Part shown: positions 1-16,398 of the stretch, piece after piece
Layout of the letters: every line of letters starts with the position of its first letter
Numbering within the stretch: position 1 is the first letter of the stretch
NCBI RefSeq assembly: GCF_051903065.1
Contig: NZ_CP178438.1
DNA: 64,000 nucleotides
Source of the DNA: Escherichia coli
GTDB taxonomy: Bacteria > Pseudomonadota > Gammaproteobacteria > Enterobacterales > Enterobacteriaceae
Direction: 5' to 3' (one strand)
Made by a program: the position numbers and the translations under genes
The notes under the pieces: generated by a model
Database searches by the model: none
Seen by the model: the letters and a program-made list of their open reading frames with translations, nothing else
What the model was told of the DNA's origin: nothing

Positions 1-860
1 AGAATGCGATGGGTGGTGTAGATAGCAATGGTGTTGGAGCCAATCACATTCAGCAGGCTGGTGGAGCGCATACCGAAACGTTGCTCGTATTGATAAAACA
101 GCTTCATGATCACCACAATCGATACCAGCGACAACAGCAGCGATATAGTAAACAACCAGGCACCGACCGCCAGAACGGTCAGCAAAGAAGCCATCAGCAG
201 ATGGCGGCGCAACGGCACCTCTTTAACACAGGTCATTATTGTTGCGCCAAACCATGCGCCAAGGCTGTAATAAGGCAAATTGCGGATCACACTGTTCATT
301 CCCCACCACGGCGTGGTAACGAAATTAACCGCCACACTCAGCAGTACAAACAAGGCGAATAGTGGCAGCGCCAGACGGCTAAAAATTTTACATACCACGA
401 AATAGACAATTAACGCATACAGATACCACAAGCTGGTGCTGGCGGTGATCATCCCGTGCAGGAACTCACCGGTGGAATCGGCATACGCTGCATTGGAGGC
501 ATTGCTTAAATCGCGCTCAGGTGCCAGCCACTGGTTCAGCGCACTTAACGCCAGCCACTGCACCACGCCCCAAAGCGCCAGCACCCAGAAGATGTTCCAG
601 ATCCGTTTATCGAGACAATTTCCCCACGGTACGCTGTCGATATAGCGGCGAATCAAATAGCCGGATATAAAGAAAAAAACCGGCATACGAAAGGGTGCAA
701 GGTAAAGATTGAAATAGATCCAGCATTTGCTCAGGACTTCCGATAACGGATGCTGAAAAGTGGTCATATGCGGATAAAAGGTAATGACCGAGTGATAAAT
801 CACCACCAGACAAATACATAACCCTTTGATCTGGTTAATCCATAGCTCTTTTTGTTTCAT
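1..860 (-). CDS. ycfT: Inner-membrane acyltransferase-family protein, 3' end cut by window edge
   Basis: Manual minus-strand translation from ATG near 860 gives a stop-free hydrophobic ORF (MKQKELWINQIKGLCICLVVIYHSVITFYPH...) running off the window; missing from the ORF track because it is partial; sits upstream of lolC as in K-12. Confidence 0.6.
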   Translation of the reverse strand, partial: MKQKELWINQIKGLCICLVVIYHSVITFYPHMTTFQHPLSEVLSKCWIYFNLYLAPFRMPVFFFISGYLIRRYIDSVPWGNCLDKRIWNIFWVLALWGVVQWLALSALNQWLAPERDLSNASNAAYADSTGEFLHGMITASTSLWYLYALIVYFVVCKIFSRLALPLFALFVLLSVAVNFVTTPWWGMNSVIRNLPYYSLGAWFGATIMTCVKEVPLRRHLLMASLLTVLAVGAWLFTISLLLSLVSIVVIMKLFYQYEQRFGMRSTSLLNVIGSNTIAIYTTHRI

Positions 861-1010
861 CAGGACAACACGCTCTTTTTTAATTTACATGCGGTTGATC
901 CTGCGGGTTATGACCCGAGGTGTAATGGGTATCTGTCTGTATTGGATGATTTTTCAGATTAAGATCAGGCGGCAAGATTGATGATAAAACATGGCAATTT
1001 AGCCGATTGA

Positions 1011-4259
<3,249 letters not shown>

Positions 4260-4287
4260 AGGCAGTACATTAAAACAAGGAGTGGCA

Positions 4288-5199
4288 ATGTATTACGGGT
4301 TTGATATTGGTGGAACAAAAATTGCGCTTGGCGTGTTTGATAGCGGTCGGCAGTTGCAGTGGGAAAAGCGGGTGCCGACACCGCGTGACAGCTATGACGC
4401 ATTTTTAGATGCAGTGTGTGAGCTGGTAGCTGAAGCTGACCAACGTTTTGGCTGTAAAGGTTCTGTCGGCATCGGTATTCCGGGAATGCCGGAAACAGAA
4501 GATGGTACGCTGTATGCCGCTAATGTCCCCGCTGCCAGCGGCAAACCGCTGCGTGCCGACCTGAGCGCACGTCTTGATCGCGATGTACGCCTTGATAACG
4601 ATGCCAACTGTTTTGCCCTTTCAGAAGCCTGGGATGACGAATTTACGCAATATCCGTTGGTGATGGGGTTGATTCTCGGCACCGGCGTTGGCGGCGGGCT
4701 GATTTTCAACGGCAAACCGATTACTGGTAAAAGCTACATTACCGGCGAGTTTGGCCATATGCGTCTGCCGGTTGATGCGTTAACCATGATGGGGTTGGAT
4801 TTCCCGTTACGCCGCTGCGGCTGTGGTCAGCATGGCTGCATTGAAAATTATCTGTCTGGTCGCGGTTTTGCGTGGCTGTATCAACACTATTATCATCAAC
4901 CGTTGCAGGCTCCCGAAATTATTGCGCTTTATGATCAAGGCGATGAGCAGGCAAGGGCGCACGTTGAGCGTTATCTGGATTTATTAGCGGTTTGTCTGGG
5001 AAATATCCTGACCATTGTTGACCCTGACCTGGTCGTCATTGGTGGTGGCTTATCGAATTTCCCGGCAATCACAACGCAACTGGCGGACAGGCTGCCTCGT
5101 CATCTCTTACCTGTAGCTCGTGTTCCGCGCATTGAACGCGCGCGCCACGGTGATGCGGGAGGAATGCGTGGTGCGGCCTTCCTACATCTAACCGATTAA
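4288..5199 (+). CDS. nagK: N-acetyl-D-glucosamine kinase (ROK family)
   Basis: Start at [18 protein letters not shown] with AAGGAG RBS just upstream; ROK zinc motif CGCGQHGC. Confidence 0.92.
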
Positions 5200-5214
5200 A
5201 CAACAGAGGTTGCT

Positions 5215-6036
5215 ATGCTGTCGCGTCGGGGTCATCGGTTAAGTCGTTTTCGTAAAAATAAACGCCGCCTGCGCGAGCGTTTGCGTCAGCGTATTTTTTT
5301 CAGAGATAAAGTGGTGCCGGAAGCAATGGAAAAACCAAGAGTACTCGTACTGACAGGGGCAGGAATTTCTGCGGAATCAGGTATTCGTACCTTTCGCGCC
5401 GCAGATGGCCTGTGGGAAGAACATCGGGTTGAAGATGTGGCAACGCCGGAAGGTTTCGATCGCGATCCTGAACTGGTGCAAGCGTTTTATAACGCCCGTC
5501 GTCGACAGCTGCAGCAGCCAGAAATTCAGCCTAACGCCGCGCATCTTGCGCTGGCTAAACTGCAAGATGCTCTCGGCGATCGCTTTTTGCTGGTGACGCA
5601 GAATATAGACAACCTGCATGAACGCGCAGGTAATACCAATGTCATTCATATGCATGGGGAACTGCTGAAAGTTCGTTGTTCACAAAGTGGTCAGGTTCTC
5701 GACTGGACCGGAGACGTTACTCCAGAAGATAAATGCCATTGCTGCCAGTTTCCGGCACCCTTGCGCCCGCACGTAGTGTGGTTTGGCGAAATGCCACTCG
5801 GCATGGATGAAATTTATATGGCGTTGTCGATGGCCGATATTTTCATTGCCATTGGTACTTCGGGGCATGTTTATCCGGCGGCTGGGTTTGTTCACGAAGC
5901 GAAACTGCATGGCGCGCACACCGTGGAGCTGAATCTTGAACCAAGTCAGGTCGGTAATGAATTTGCCGAGAAATATTACGGCCCGGCAAGCCAGGTGGTG
6001 CCAGAATTTGTTGAAAAGTTGCTGAAGGGATTATAA
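5215..6036 (+). CDS. cobB: NAD-dependent protein deacylase (sirtuin), long isoform with Arg-rich N-terminal extension
   Basis: Sir2 motifs [14 protein letters not shown] and zinc Cys pairs; the in-frame internal Met (MEKPRVLVL) matches the known short isoform. Confidence 0.92.
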   Translation: MLSRRGHRLSRFRKNKRRLRERLRQRIFFRDKVVPEAMEKPRVLVLTGAGISAESGIRTFRAADGLWEEHRVEDVATPEGFDRDPELVQAFYNARRRQLQQPEIQPNAAHLALAKLQDALGDRFLLVTQNIDNLHERAGNTNVIHMHGELLKVRCSQSGQVLDWTGDVTPEDKCHCCQFPAPLRPHVVWFGEMPLGMDEIYMALSMADIFIAIGTSGHVYPAAGFVHEAKLHGAHTVELNLEPSQVGNEFAEKYYGPASQVVPEFVEKLLKGL

Positions 6037-6048
6037 AGCAGGAAGCAT

Positions 6049-6079
6049 TGCCTGATGCGCTACGCTTATCAGGTCTACA
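6049..6079. repeat. REP-like palindromic element
   Basis: gcctgatgcgctacgcttatcaggtctac resembles the REP consensus; lies in the cobB-potD intergenic region. Confidence 0.55.
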
Positions 6080-6154
6080 AGCGGACCACAATACCGACGA
6101 AAGAGCGGGATAAAACTTTACTGTCCTGACTCATTAGTCACATCCTTGCTAAAT

Positions 6155-6188
6155 AAAAAACGGGCGGTAATACCACCGCCCGTTTGCT
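6155..6188. terminator. Bidirectional rho-independent terminator between convergent cobB and potD
   Basis: Stem aacgggcggt / accgcccgtt flanked by an A-run and a T-run. Confidence 0.7.
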
Positions 6189-6191
6189 GAA

Positions 6192-7238
6192 TTAACGTCC
6201 TGCTTTCAGCTTCTGATAATACTCTTCATAAATGCTGCTGGCTGCGCCAACGTCATTTTGCCATTCACCATTTTTAATGGTTTCAGCATCCGGGTAGAGC
6301 GTTTTATCGTTCGCCACTTCCGGGCTTAACAGCTTACGCGCCGCAAGGTTTGGCGTTGGATAACCGATAGTTTCGGCAACCTGTTTTGCCACATCCGGGC
6401 GCAGCAGGAAGTTGATCAATTTCAGCGCGCCTTCTTTGTTTTTGGCATTTGCCGGGATCGCCAGGCTGTCCATCCAGAAAATGCCGCCTTCTTTCGGCCA
6501 CACCACGTCAATAGGCGTACCCGCCTGGCGTGCAACGAAAGCAGAACCGTTCCAGATCATGCCGAGGTTAACTTCGCCTTCCATGTACGGGTTAGCCGGG
6601 TTATCGGAGTTAAACGCTGCGACGTTTGGCATCAGTTTTTTCAGCTCGTTATATGCAGCTTCAATCTCTTTCGGATCGGTGGTGTTACCGGAGTAGCCCA
6701 GCTTACGTAGCGCCATCTGGAACACTTCACGGGCATCGTCGGTCAGCAGCAGGCTGCCTTTGTACTCAGGCTTCCACAGATCGGCCCAGCTGGTAACGGA
6801 TTTCGGATCTACCGCATCACCGTTAACGCCAATCGCCGTCGCCCCCCAGATATACGGAATGGAGTAGTCGTTATTCGGGTCAAACGGCTTGTTGAGCATG
6901 TCTGGATCGAGGTTGCTGAAATTGCTTAACTTCGACTTGTCGATCTTCTGGATCATCCCTTCTTTACGCATTTTATCGACGTAATAGGTTGAAGGAACCA
7001 CCAGGTCGTAGGCACCGTCTTTGTACGTTTTCAGCTTGGCGTACATGGTTTCGTTCGACTCGTAAGTCGAATAGATAACCTTAATACCGGTTTCTTTGGT
7101 GAACTGTTCAAGCAGTCCTGGCGGCACGTACTCGGTCCAGTTGTAGAAATACAGCGTGTTGTTGTCATCGGCGTGAGCGGCGCTCATGCCCAGTGCCAGA
7201 GCACCCGCCGCGAGCAGGTGGCGTGACCATTTTTTCAT
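6192..7238 (-). CDS. potD: Spermidine/putrescine ABC transporter periplasmic binding protein
   Basis: 348-aa ORF with signal peptide MKKWSRHLLAAGALALGMSAAHA; potABCD order. Confidence 0.93.
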   Translation of the reverse strand: MKKWSRHLLAAGALALGMSAAHADDNNTLYFYNWTEYVPPGLLEQFTKETGIKVIYSTYESNETMYAKLKTYKDGAYDLVVPSTYYVDKMRKEGMIQKIDKSKLSNFSNLDPDMLNKPFDPNNDYSIPYIWGATAIGVNGDAVDPKSVTSWADLWKPEYKGSLLLTDDAREVFQMALRKLGYSGNTTDPKEIEAAYNELKKLMPNVAAFNSDNPANPYMEGEVNLGMIWNGSAFVARQAGTPIDVVWPKEGGIFWMDSLAIPANAKNKEGALKLINFLLRPDVAKQVAETIGYPTPNLAARKLLSPEVANDKTLYPDAETIKNGEWQNDVGAASSIYEEYYQKLKAGR

Positions 7239-8029
7239 TTAACGTCCCCTGTGTTACCTTTCGTTTTATCACGAGCAATAAGCTGGCTGGCAATAACCAT
7301 CACCAGCGACAGCACCAGTAATATGGTTGCCAGCGCGTTAACTTCCGGCGATACGCCGACTTTGACCATCGAATAAATTTTTAACGGCAGAATTTCATAA
7401 CTTGGTCCGGTGACGAACGAAGAAACTACCACATCGTCCATCGACAGGGTAAAGCTTAACACCCAGCCCGCCGCCACCGCTGGCATTGCCAGTGGCAGAA
7501 TGATTTTTCGCAGAATGGTAAATTCGCTGGCACCGAGATCTTTCGCCGCTTCCAGCATTCGCACGTCAAAACCTTTCAGGCGCGAATACACCGTCACCAC
7601 CACAAATGGCAGGCAGAAGGTGATATGCGAGAACAGCAGCGACCAGAAGCCAAGCTGAATACCCAGCAGCATAAACAGCACCAGCAGCGAAATCGCCATC
7701 ACGATATCTGGTGACATCATCACCACAAACAGCATTCCGCTAACGAACGGCTTACCACGAAAGCGATAACGGTACAGCGCAACTGCCGTCAGTGAACCGA
7801 TAAGCGTAGCAAACGTCGCCGAAAACACCGCCATTGTCAGTGAATGCTGCGCTGCCTGTAACAGGCTGTCGTTGTTCATCAGCAAGCTATACCATTTAGT
7901 GGTAAAACCCTGCCAGTTGATGCCAAAGCGCGAGCTGTTAAAGGAGTTCACAATCAAAATAATGATTGGGATATACAGGTACGCGTAGATAGCGGTCATA
8001 AAACCGCCGCGAAGCAGTCGACCGATCAT
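7235..8029 (-). CDS. potC: Spermidine/putrescine ABC transporter permease
   Basis: 264-aa polytopic membrane ORF; 4-nt overlaps with both neighbours. Confidence 0.92.
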   Translation of the reverse strand: MIGRLLRGGFMTAIYAYLYIPIIILIVNSFNSSRFGINWQGFTTKWYSLLMNNDSLLQAAQHSLTMAVFSATFATLIGSLTAVALYRYRFRGKPFVSGMLFVVMMSPDIVMAISLLVLFMLLGIQLGFWSLLFSHITFCLPFVVVTVYSRLKGFDVRMLEAAKDLGASEFTILRKIILPLAMPAVAAGWVLSFTLSMDDVVVSSFVTGPSYEILPLKIYSMVKVGVSPEVNALATILLVLSLVMVIASQLIARDKTKGNTGDVK

Positions 8030-8883
8030 TCGAGTTCCACCTTCTTATTCAGCAGACGAGAAGCGCGCCAGTAAACCAGCAACATCAGGCCCATTACGAT
8101 AGTCAGCGTAATGCTGGTGGCTGCACCAAACGGCCAGTCACGAATATTAAGGAACTGGACCTTGATGACGTTACCGATCAGCAGGTTTTTCGCACCGCCC
8201 ATCAGGTCGGACACATAGAACAGGCCCATCGCTGGCAGCATCACCAGCAGACATCCGGCAATAATCCCCGGCATCGTCAGTGGAATAATGATACGGATAA
8301 AAGTCTGTAACTTGCTGGCACCGAGATCGCGCGCCGCCTCAAGCAACGGCTTATCCAGTTTTTCGATACTGGAGTACAGCGGCATCACCATAAACGGCAG
8401 CAGAATGTAAACCAGACCGATAATCACCGCACTGGGCGTGAACATGATACGGATTGGTGTGTCGATAACGCCCAGCCAGAGCAAAAACTCGTTGAGGTAG
8501 CCTTTGGTGCTGAGGAAAATTTTCAGCCCGTAGATGCGAATCAGTGAGTTGGTCCAGAAGGGAACAATCAGCAGAAACAGCAGCAGCGGACGCACCTTGT
8601 GTGGCAGCTTCGCCAGAAACCAGGCAAACGGATAGCCCAGCACCAGGCAGGCGAGGGTGGCGATCAGCGCCATATTCAGCGAGTGCAATAGCACTTCAAA
8701 ATAGAGCGGATCGAGCAGACGTGTGTAGTTATCCAGCGTAAAGACCATTTTGACGAAACTGGCGTCGTCGCGGGTCAAAAAGCTGGTGCCAATGATCATC
8801 AGGTTGGGCAGAAAGACAAACAACACAAGCCAACCGACAATAGTGACAATCACTACATTCTGGAACTTACTTGTGTTCTTCAT
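8026..8883 (-). CDS. potB: Spermidine/putrescine ABC transporter permease
   Basis: Membrane permease ORF between potA and potC; exact start is uncertain (track start used, it overlaps the potA 3' end). Confidence 0.88.
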
Positions 8884-10003
8884 CAGCCAGTACGACCTCC
8901 CAGCTTTCTACCCAATTAATGGCCATTTTTTGGTCGAGAGAGTGGTCAAAGTCAGGATCGTCTTCATTGAAGAATTCGCTGACCATCACCATCTTGCCAT
9001 TTTCCAGTTCAACAACCGACTCCAGCGTCATGCCTTTGTAGTTACGCTCGCGAACGTAACCAATCAGCCCTTCAGCGTGGTTGTCGTCGTTAATCTCTTC
9101 AACACGTAAGTCTTCCGGGCGCAGCAGAACATGCAGTTTTTGCCCCGGTTCAACGGCGAAGTTAACGTAGATATTACATTCGCGGCCTTCAACGTTGGCG
9201 CGTACGCGCTGCTCGTCGAGACGTTCGATGACAGTGGCGTTAAACATATTGATTTCGCCAATGAACCCGGCAACAAACAGGTTTTTCGGCTCTTCGTAGA
9301 TTTCACGCGGCGTGCCGTCTTGCTCAATGCGACCATCGCGCATCACCACAATCCTGTCCGACATGGTGAGTGCTTCTTCCTGGTCGTGAGTCACGAAGAC
9401 GAATGTAATGCCAAGCTTACGCTGTAACGCTTTCAGCTCGTTCTGCATTTGCTTGCGCAGTTTGTAATCCAGCGCTGAGAGCGACTCATCCAGCAACAAC
9501 AGACGAGGCTTGTTAACCACCGCGCGAGCAATGGCGACGCGTTGCTGTTGACCACCAGAGAGCTGATGCGGTTTACGTTGAGCGAAGGTTTCCAGCTGCA
9601 CCATCCGCAGGGCTTCCATCACGCGGGGCGTAATTTCAGCAGCGGGGGTTTTTTGCATGCGCAACCCAAAGGCCACATTTTCGAACACGGTCATGTGGGG
9701 GAAAAGTGCGTAGCTTTGGAAAACAGTGTTCACATAGCGGTTTTCCGCCGGAACGTGGGTGATGTCCTCGTTATCCAACATGATGCGTCCGGAATCAACA
9801 GTTTCCAGACCTGCAATCAGGCGAAGAACGGTTGTTTTACCGCAGCCAGAAGGGCCAAGCAGCGTGAGGAACTCGCCATTGTTGATAGTCAGATCCAGCT
9901 GGGGAATGACCTCTTTACCATCAAAGCATTTGCGAATTCCCGCCAATTGCACCAGCGGTGAAAGCGAACTCGGTTGTTTATTCAATTTTTTACTCTGTCC
10001 CAT
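8867..10003 (-). CDS. potA: Spermidine/putrescine ABC transporter ATPase
   Basis: 378 aa; Walker [10 protein letters not shown] and signature LSGGQQQR; starts [10 protein letters not shown]. Confidence 0.93.
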
Positions 10004-10252
10004 GTAAACGCAACGGATGGCTTACCGATGCGGGGTTTGTGGTTAACCACCTTGGTGACTCTTAATGAGGGCGGTAATTCTACGGCAAACCGCTTGAATC
10101 GCCAATCTTTGTTGTGAATTACTGGCTTAGCTTTATATTCATTAAGGTAATGCTGATAAATATTCCCGCTTGCAGGGGTAAAAGTGACCTGACGCAATAT
10201 TTGTCTTTTCTTGCTTCTTAATAATGTTGTCACAAAAAGTGAGGGTGACTAC

Positions 10253-11479
10253 ATGGATAAACTACTTGAGCGATTTTTGAACTACGTGTCTCTGGATACC
10301 CAATCAAAAGCAGGGGTGAGACAGGTTCCCAGCACGGAAGGCCAATGGAAGTTGTTGCATCTGCTGAAAGAGCAGCTCGAAGAGATGGGGCTTATCAATG
10401 TGACCTTAAGTGAGAAGGGCACTTTGATGGCGACGTTACCGGCTAACGTCCCTGGCGATATCCCGGCGATTGGCTTTATTTCTCATGTGGATACCTCACC
10501 GGATTGCAGCGGCAAAAATGTGAATCCGCAAATTGTTGAAAACTATCGCGGTGGCGATATTGCGCTGGGTATCGGCGATGAAGTTTTATCACCGGTTATG
10601 TTCCCGGTGCTGCATCAGCTACTGGGTCAGACGCTGATTACTACCGATGGTAAAACCTTGTTAGGTGCCGATGACAAAGCCGGTATTGCAGAAATCATGA
10701 CCGCGCTGGCGGTATTGCAACAGAAAAACATTCCGCATGGTGATATTCGCGTCGCCTTTACCCCGGATGAAGAAGTGGGCAAAGGGGCGAAACATTTTGA
10801 TGTTGACGCCTTCGATGCCCGCTGGGCTTACACTGTTGATGGTGGTGGCGTAGGCGAACTGGAGTTTGAAAACTTCAACGCCGCGTCGGTCAATATCAAA
10901 ATTGTCGGTAACAATGTTCACCCGGGTACGGCGAAAGGAGTGATGGTAAATGCGCTGTCGCTGGCGGCACGTATTCATGCGGAAGTTCCGGCGGATGAAA
11001 GCCCGGAAATGACAGAAGGCTATGAAGGTTTCTATCACCTTGCGAGCATGAAAGGCACCGTTGAACGGGCCGATATGCACTACATCATCCGTGATTTCGA
11101 CCGTAAACAGTTTGAAGCGCGTAAACGTAAAATGATGGAGATCGCCAAAAAAGTGGGCAAAGGGTTACATCCTGATTGCTACATTGAATTGGTGATTGAA
11201 GACAGTTACTACAATATGCGCGAGAAAGTGGTTGAGCATCCGCATATTCTCGATATCGCCCAGCAGGCGATGCGTGACTGCGATATTGAACCGGAACTGA
11301 AACCGATCCGCGGTGGTACCGACGGCGCGCAGTTGTCGTTTATGGGATTACCGTGCCCGAACCTGTTCACTGGCGGTTACAACTATCATGGTAAGCATGA
11401 GTTTGTGACTCTGGAAGGTATGGAAAAAGCGGTGCAGGTGATCGTCCGTATTGCCGAGTTAACGGCGCAACGGAAGTAA
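10253..11479 (+). CDS. pepT: Peptidase T (tripeptide aminopeptidase, M20 family)
   Basis: Start at [18 protein letters not shown] (ATG 10253) rather than the track start. Confidence 0.92.
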   Translation: MDKLLERFLNYVSLDTQSKAGVRQVPSTEGQWKLLHLLKEQLEEMGLINVTLSEKGTLMATLPANVPGDIPAIGFISHVDTSPDCSGKNVNPQIVENYRGGDIALGIGDEVLSPVMFPVLHQLLGQTLITTDGKTLLGADDKAGIAEIMTALAVLQQKNIPHGDIRVAFTPDEEVGKGAKHFDVDAFDARWAYTVDGGGVGELEFENFNAASVNIKIVGNNVHPGTAKGVMVNALSLAARIHAEVPADESPEMTEGYEGFYHLASMKGTVERADMHYIIRDFDRKQFEARKRKMMEIAKKVGKGLHPDCYIELVIEDSYYNMREKVVEHPHILDIAQQAMRDCDIEPELKPIRGGTDGAQLSFMGLPCPNLFTGGYNYHGKHEFVTLEGMEKAVQVIVRIAELTAQRK

Positions 11480-11486
11480 GCGAAAA

Positions 11487-11515
11487 GGGATGCGGCATGT
11501 GATGCCGCATCCGGC
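11487..11515. terminator. Hairpin terminator between convergent pepT and roxA
   Basis: Palindrome gatgcggcat / atgccgcatc immediately after the pepT stop. Confidence 0.6.
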
Positions 11516-11527
11516 TTAAATCCAAAC

Positions 11528-12649
11528 TTACCCTTCGAAGAACCAATACCCGCTATTGACCAGCGCCGCGAGCATCGCGAGGAATGACGGATCTTCCAGC
11601 GCATCGCCAAAATTCTCCGCAGTCAGCGCAATGTTGCTGGCGAGTGCATCCAGTGCCGGACGGTGCGGGGAATCGATCTTCTCACCATTGGCATACACGT
11701 CGTCGCCAATGCGCAATACGCGCAGACCACCCAGGCGCACCAGCACATCACCTTGTTTCAGCGCATCGTAGATTTCATCCGGCTGATAAGGCGGCTCTGG
11801 CGGCGCGATATCCAGTTCATGACGTGACTGGGATATAAACTCCCCAAACCATTGCTTAAAGTGTTCCGGCTGGTTGATCAATTCGAGCATCATCTCACGC
11901 AGTTTATCCATCTCTTGCGGCAGAACATCCGCAGGATGAGCGCGAGGTGGAACATCAGGATCGCTGTAGTAGTTGCCGCCCAGTTCACGTTGCAGCACAT
12001 AATCGGCAAATCCACTAATCAGTTCCCGCGTATTTGGCGCGCGAAAACCCACGGAATAGTTCATCGCATTTTCCAGCGCGTAGCCTTCATGCGGGAATCC
12101 TGGCGGAATATAAAGAATATCGCCAGGCTCCAGCTCTTCATCGATGATGGCTTCGAACGGATCGACCTGTAACAGATCCGGGTGCGGACAGTGCTGTTTC
12201 ATTTGCAGCTTTTCGCCCACTCGCCAGCGACGACGACCGGTACCCTGAATGATAAACACGTCGTACTGATCGAGATGCGGGCCGACGCCGCCGCCAGGTA
12301 CAGAAAAAGAGATCATCAGATCATCAATACGCCAGTCCGGTAGTTCACGGAACGGTCGCATCAGCGCGGCGGTCGGCTCATGCCAGTGGTTCACTGCTTG
12401 CACTAACAATGACCAGTTAGTTTCACCGAGATGATCGTAGCTTTCGAACGGACCGTGGCTGACCTGCCATTTTCCATCCTGGTGACTGACCAGTCGACTG
12501 TCGACTTCGCTTTCCATCGCCAGACCCGCCAACTCGTCTGGAGAGATCGGGTCAATAAAATTATTAAAGCCGCGTTTTAACACCACCGGGCGTTTCTGCC
12601 AGTGACGTTCAAGAAAATCGGGCCAGTTAAGAGTGAGTTGGTATTCCAT
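11528..12649 (-). CDS. roxA: Ribosomal protein L16 arginine hydroxylase (JmjC/cupin)
   Basis: Start at MEYQLTLNWPDF, three codons inside the track ORF; position between pepT and phoQ. Confidence 0.9.
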   Translation of the reverse strand: MEYQLTLNWPDFLERHWQKRPVVLKRGFNNFIDPISPDELAGLAMESEVDSRLVSHQDGKWQVSHGPFESYDHLGETNWSLLVQAVNHWHEPTAALMRPFRELPDWRIDDLMISFSVPGGGVGPHLDQYDVFIIQGTGRRRWRVGEKLQMKQHCPHPDLLQVDPFEAIIDEELEPGDILYIPPGFPHEGYALENAMNYSVGFRAPNTRELISGFADYVLQRELGGNYYSDPDVPPRAHPADVLPQEMDKLREMMLELINQPEHFKQWFGEFISQSRHELDIAPPEPPYQPDEIYDALKQGDVLVRLGGLRVLRIGDDVYANGEKIDSPHRPALDALASNIALTAENFGDALEDPSFLAMLAALVNSGYWFFEG

Positions 12650-12724
12650 GTTAAGCATCCACAGGCTGGTATCTGCAACCGATTATAACGGATGCTTAAC
12701 GTAATGCGTGAAGTATGGACATAT

Positions 12725-14185
12725 TTATTCATCTTTCGGCGCAGAATGCTGGCGACCAAAAATCACCTCCATCCGCGCACCGCCCAGCATGCTCTCTCCG
12801 GCGACGATTTTACCCTCATATTGCTCGGTGATTTCGCGGGCTACCGCCAGCCCCACACCTTGCCCAGGGCGTAAAGTATCAACCCGTTGACCACGGTCGA
12901 AAATGACCTCTCGCTTGCTTAATGGAATACCGGGTCCATCATCCTCGACCACAATATAGAGATGCTCGTCGGTTTGCCTTGCAGAAATTTCGACAAACTC
13001 GAGGCAATATTTACAGGCATTATCCAGCACATTGCCCATCACCTCGACAAAATCGTTCTGCTCACCGACAAAGCTGATCTCTGGCGAAATATCGAGAGAG
13101 ATATTGACCCCTTTGCGTTGATACACTTTGTTCAGCGCCGAGGTGAGATTGTCCAGCAGTGGGGCGACCGGATGCAGCTCGCGGCTGAGCAATGTCCCGC
13201 CGCGCATACTGGCACGATGCAGGTAGTAGCCAATTTGCTGTGAAATGCGGCTGATTTGCTCCAGCATTACCGGTTCAGCATCACTGACGCTCATCTTTTC
13301 ACTACGCAGAGAACGCAGCGTACTTTGCAGCACCGCCAGTGGCGTTTTCAGACTATGGGTCAGGTCGGTGAGCGTTGTACGGTATTTGTCGTAACGTTCG
13401 CGTTCGCTTTTTAACAATCGGTTCAGGTTTCGTACCAGACTGGTCAGTTCTCGCGTTGTGGCTGGATTGAGCAATTCGCGGTTATGTTCTTCCAGTTCGC
13501 GGACTTCTTTTGCCAGGGCTTCGATGGGGCGTAAACTCCACCAGGCGGCGACCCACAGCAGCGGGATCACTAACAGCAGATTGGCTGAGAGCACATAGAT
13601 AAACCAGCTCCAGACCATATAGGAACTTTTTAGCTCCACCGGAATGGTATCCACCACCACAATGGTTAACTTTGGCATCCGCGATGTTGCCGGGTAGACA
13701 TTTACCGCCACCGAGTGGGTCATCTCCGCGTCGTCATCATCTTCCCGCACTTCCTGCAACTGTTGCTGTATCGAATGATCTCCACTCAGCAAGAGGCTGG
13801 TATCGTTAACATCCGCTTCAATTTCATGAAAACCATTCGATTTCAGCCAGTCAGGCTGGATCATCTTCATCAGCCAGGGCACGTCACGTTGCGCCCATAA
13901 AAGCTGCCCGTTCTCATCATAAATTAGCGTCATGGTGGGGCTTTGCTTGTCGATATTTTCGGGTAACTCGACATGCAACTTATTGTTTTCCCACTTCGCA
14001 AGGGTATAGAACAGATTGCTCTCGCCACGTAACAGCCGAAACGTAGTTTTATCGAAACTGACGCTATAACCGATCAGCGCGACCATTCCGTAGGCAAGCG
14101 AAAGCACCAGTACTACCGCTGCCGTTGCCAACAGAAAACGTACCCGCAGCGAGAGCGGGAAAAAAAGACGCAGTAATTTTTTCAT
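12725..14185 (-). CDS. phoQ: Sensor histidine kinase PhoQ
   Basis: 486 aa with two transmembrane segments, a periplasmic sensor region and an HK core; overlaps the phoP stop. Confidence 0.95.
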   Translation of the reverse strand: MKKLLRLFFPLSLRVRFLLATAAVVLVLSLAYGMVALIGYSVSFDKTTFRLLRGESNLFYTLAKWENNKLHVELPENIDKQSPTMTLIYDENGQLLWAQRDVPWLMKMIQPDWLKSNGFHEIEADVNDTSLLLSGDHSIQQQLQEVREDDDDAEMTHSVAVNVYPATSRMPKLTIVVVDTIPVELKSSYMVWSWFIYVLSANLLLVIPLLWVAAWWSLRPIEALAKEVRELEEHNRELLNPATTRELTSLVRNLNRLLKSERERYDKYRTTLTDLTHSLKTPLAVLQSTLRSLRSEKMSVSDAEPVMLEQISRISQQIGYYLHRASMRGGTLLSRELHPVAPLLDNLTSALNKVYQRKGVNISLDISPEISFVGEQNDFVEVMGNVLDNACKYCLEFVEISARQTDEHLYIVVEDDGPGIPLSKREVIFDRGQRVDTLRPGQGVGLAVAREITEQYEGKIVAGESMLGGARMEVIFGRQHSAPKDE

Positions 14186-14856
14186 CAGCGCAATTCGAAC
14201 AGATAGCCCTGGCCGCGAACGGTGGTAATCACTTCTTGGGGATATTGTGCCTGAATTTTTTTGCGCAGACGTCCCATCAGTACATCAATGGTATGGCTTT
14301 CCCGCAGCTCCGCATCCGGATAGAGTTGGAGCATTAACGAATCTTTGCTCACCACTTTGCCATTATTGCGTATCAACGTTTCCATAATGGTGTATTCGAA
14401 CGCGGTCAGTTTGATCACTTCGTCATTAATAGATAATTCACGGCGAGAGAGATCAACCTGAAACGGGGGGAGCGAAATGACCTGTGAAGCCAGGCCGCTA
14501 TTACGCCGCATTAATGCCTGCATTCGCGCCATCACCTCTTCAATATGAAACGGTTTAGTCACGTAATCATCAGCACCGGCACTTAATACTTCGACTTTGT
14601 CCTGCCAGCTTTCACGGGCGGTTAATACCAGAATCGGCAGTGAAACATCATTGCTACGCCAGCGGCGAATCAGTGACAGACCGTCCTCGTCTGGCAATCC
14701 GAGATCGACAATCGCAATATCCGGTAAATGTTCATTGAGATAATAATCGGCTTCTTTGGCATCTTCTGCATCATCGACCTGATGACCAGCATCCTGAATC
14801 TGAACTTTAAGGTGGTGACGTAACAACGCATTGTCTTCAACAACCAGTACGCGCAT
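14185..14856 (-). CDS. phoP: Response regulator PhoP (OmpR family)
   Basis: 223 aa, [16 protein letters not shown]...; receiver plus winged-helix domains. Confidence 0.95.
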   Translation of the reverse strand: MRVLVVEDNALLRHHLKVQIQDAGHQVDDAEDAKEADYYLNEHLPDIAIVDLGLPDEDGLSLIRRWRSNDVSLPILVLTARESWQDKVEVLSAGADDYVTKPFHIEEVMARMQALMRRNSGLASQVISLPPFQVDLSRRELSINDEVIKLTAFEYTIMETLIRNNGKVVSKDSLMLQLYPDAELRESHTIDVLMGRLRKKIQAQYPQEVITTVRGQGYLFELR

Positions 14857-14906
14857 TTTTATTTCTCCCTGTCTTAATTATTAAAATAGTGTAACGCGAT
14901 TATGTG

Positions 14907-14923
14907 GTTATGGGGGTAAACAT
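14907..14923 (-). promoter_or_regulatory. PhoP box (direct repeat GGTTTA-N5-TGTTTA) in the autoregulated phoPQ promoter
   Basis: The minus strand reads GGTTTATTTAATGTTTA about 50 nt upstream of the phoP start. Confidence 0.7.
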
Positions 14924-15024
14924 TAAATAAACCAGCGGGGGAGGGGAGGTAAAGTGAAAAAATAAAAAGCGGATAATCTTAATAAGCAGGCCGGACAGCA
15001 TCGCCATCCGGCACTGATACGAGT

Positions 15025-16398
<1,374 letters not shown>

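Noticed and set aside
9-645. Plus-strand ORFs 9-362 and 436-645
   Set aside because: They are antisense to the ycfT reading frame and their compositionally odd Gln/Arg-rich translation is typical of a shadow ORF.
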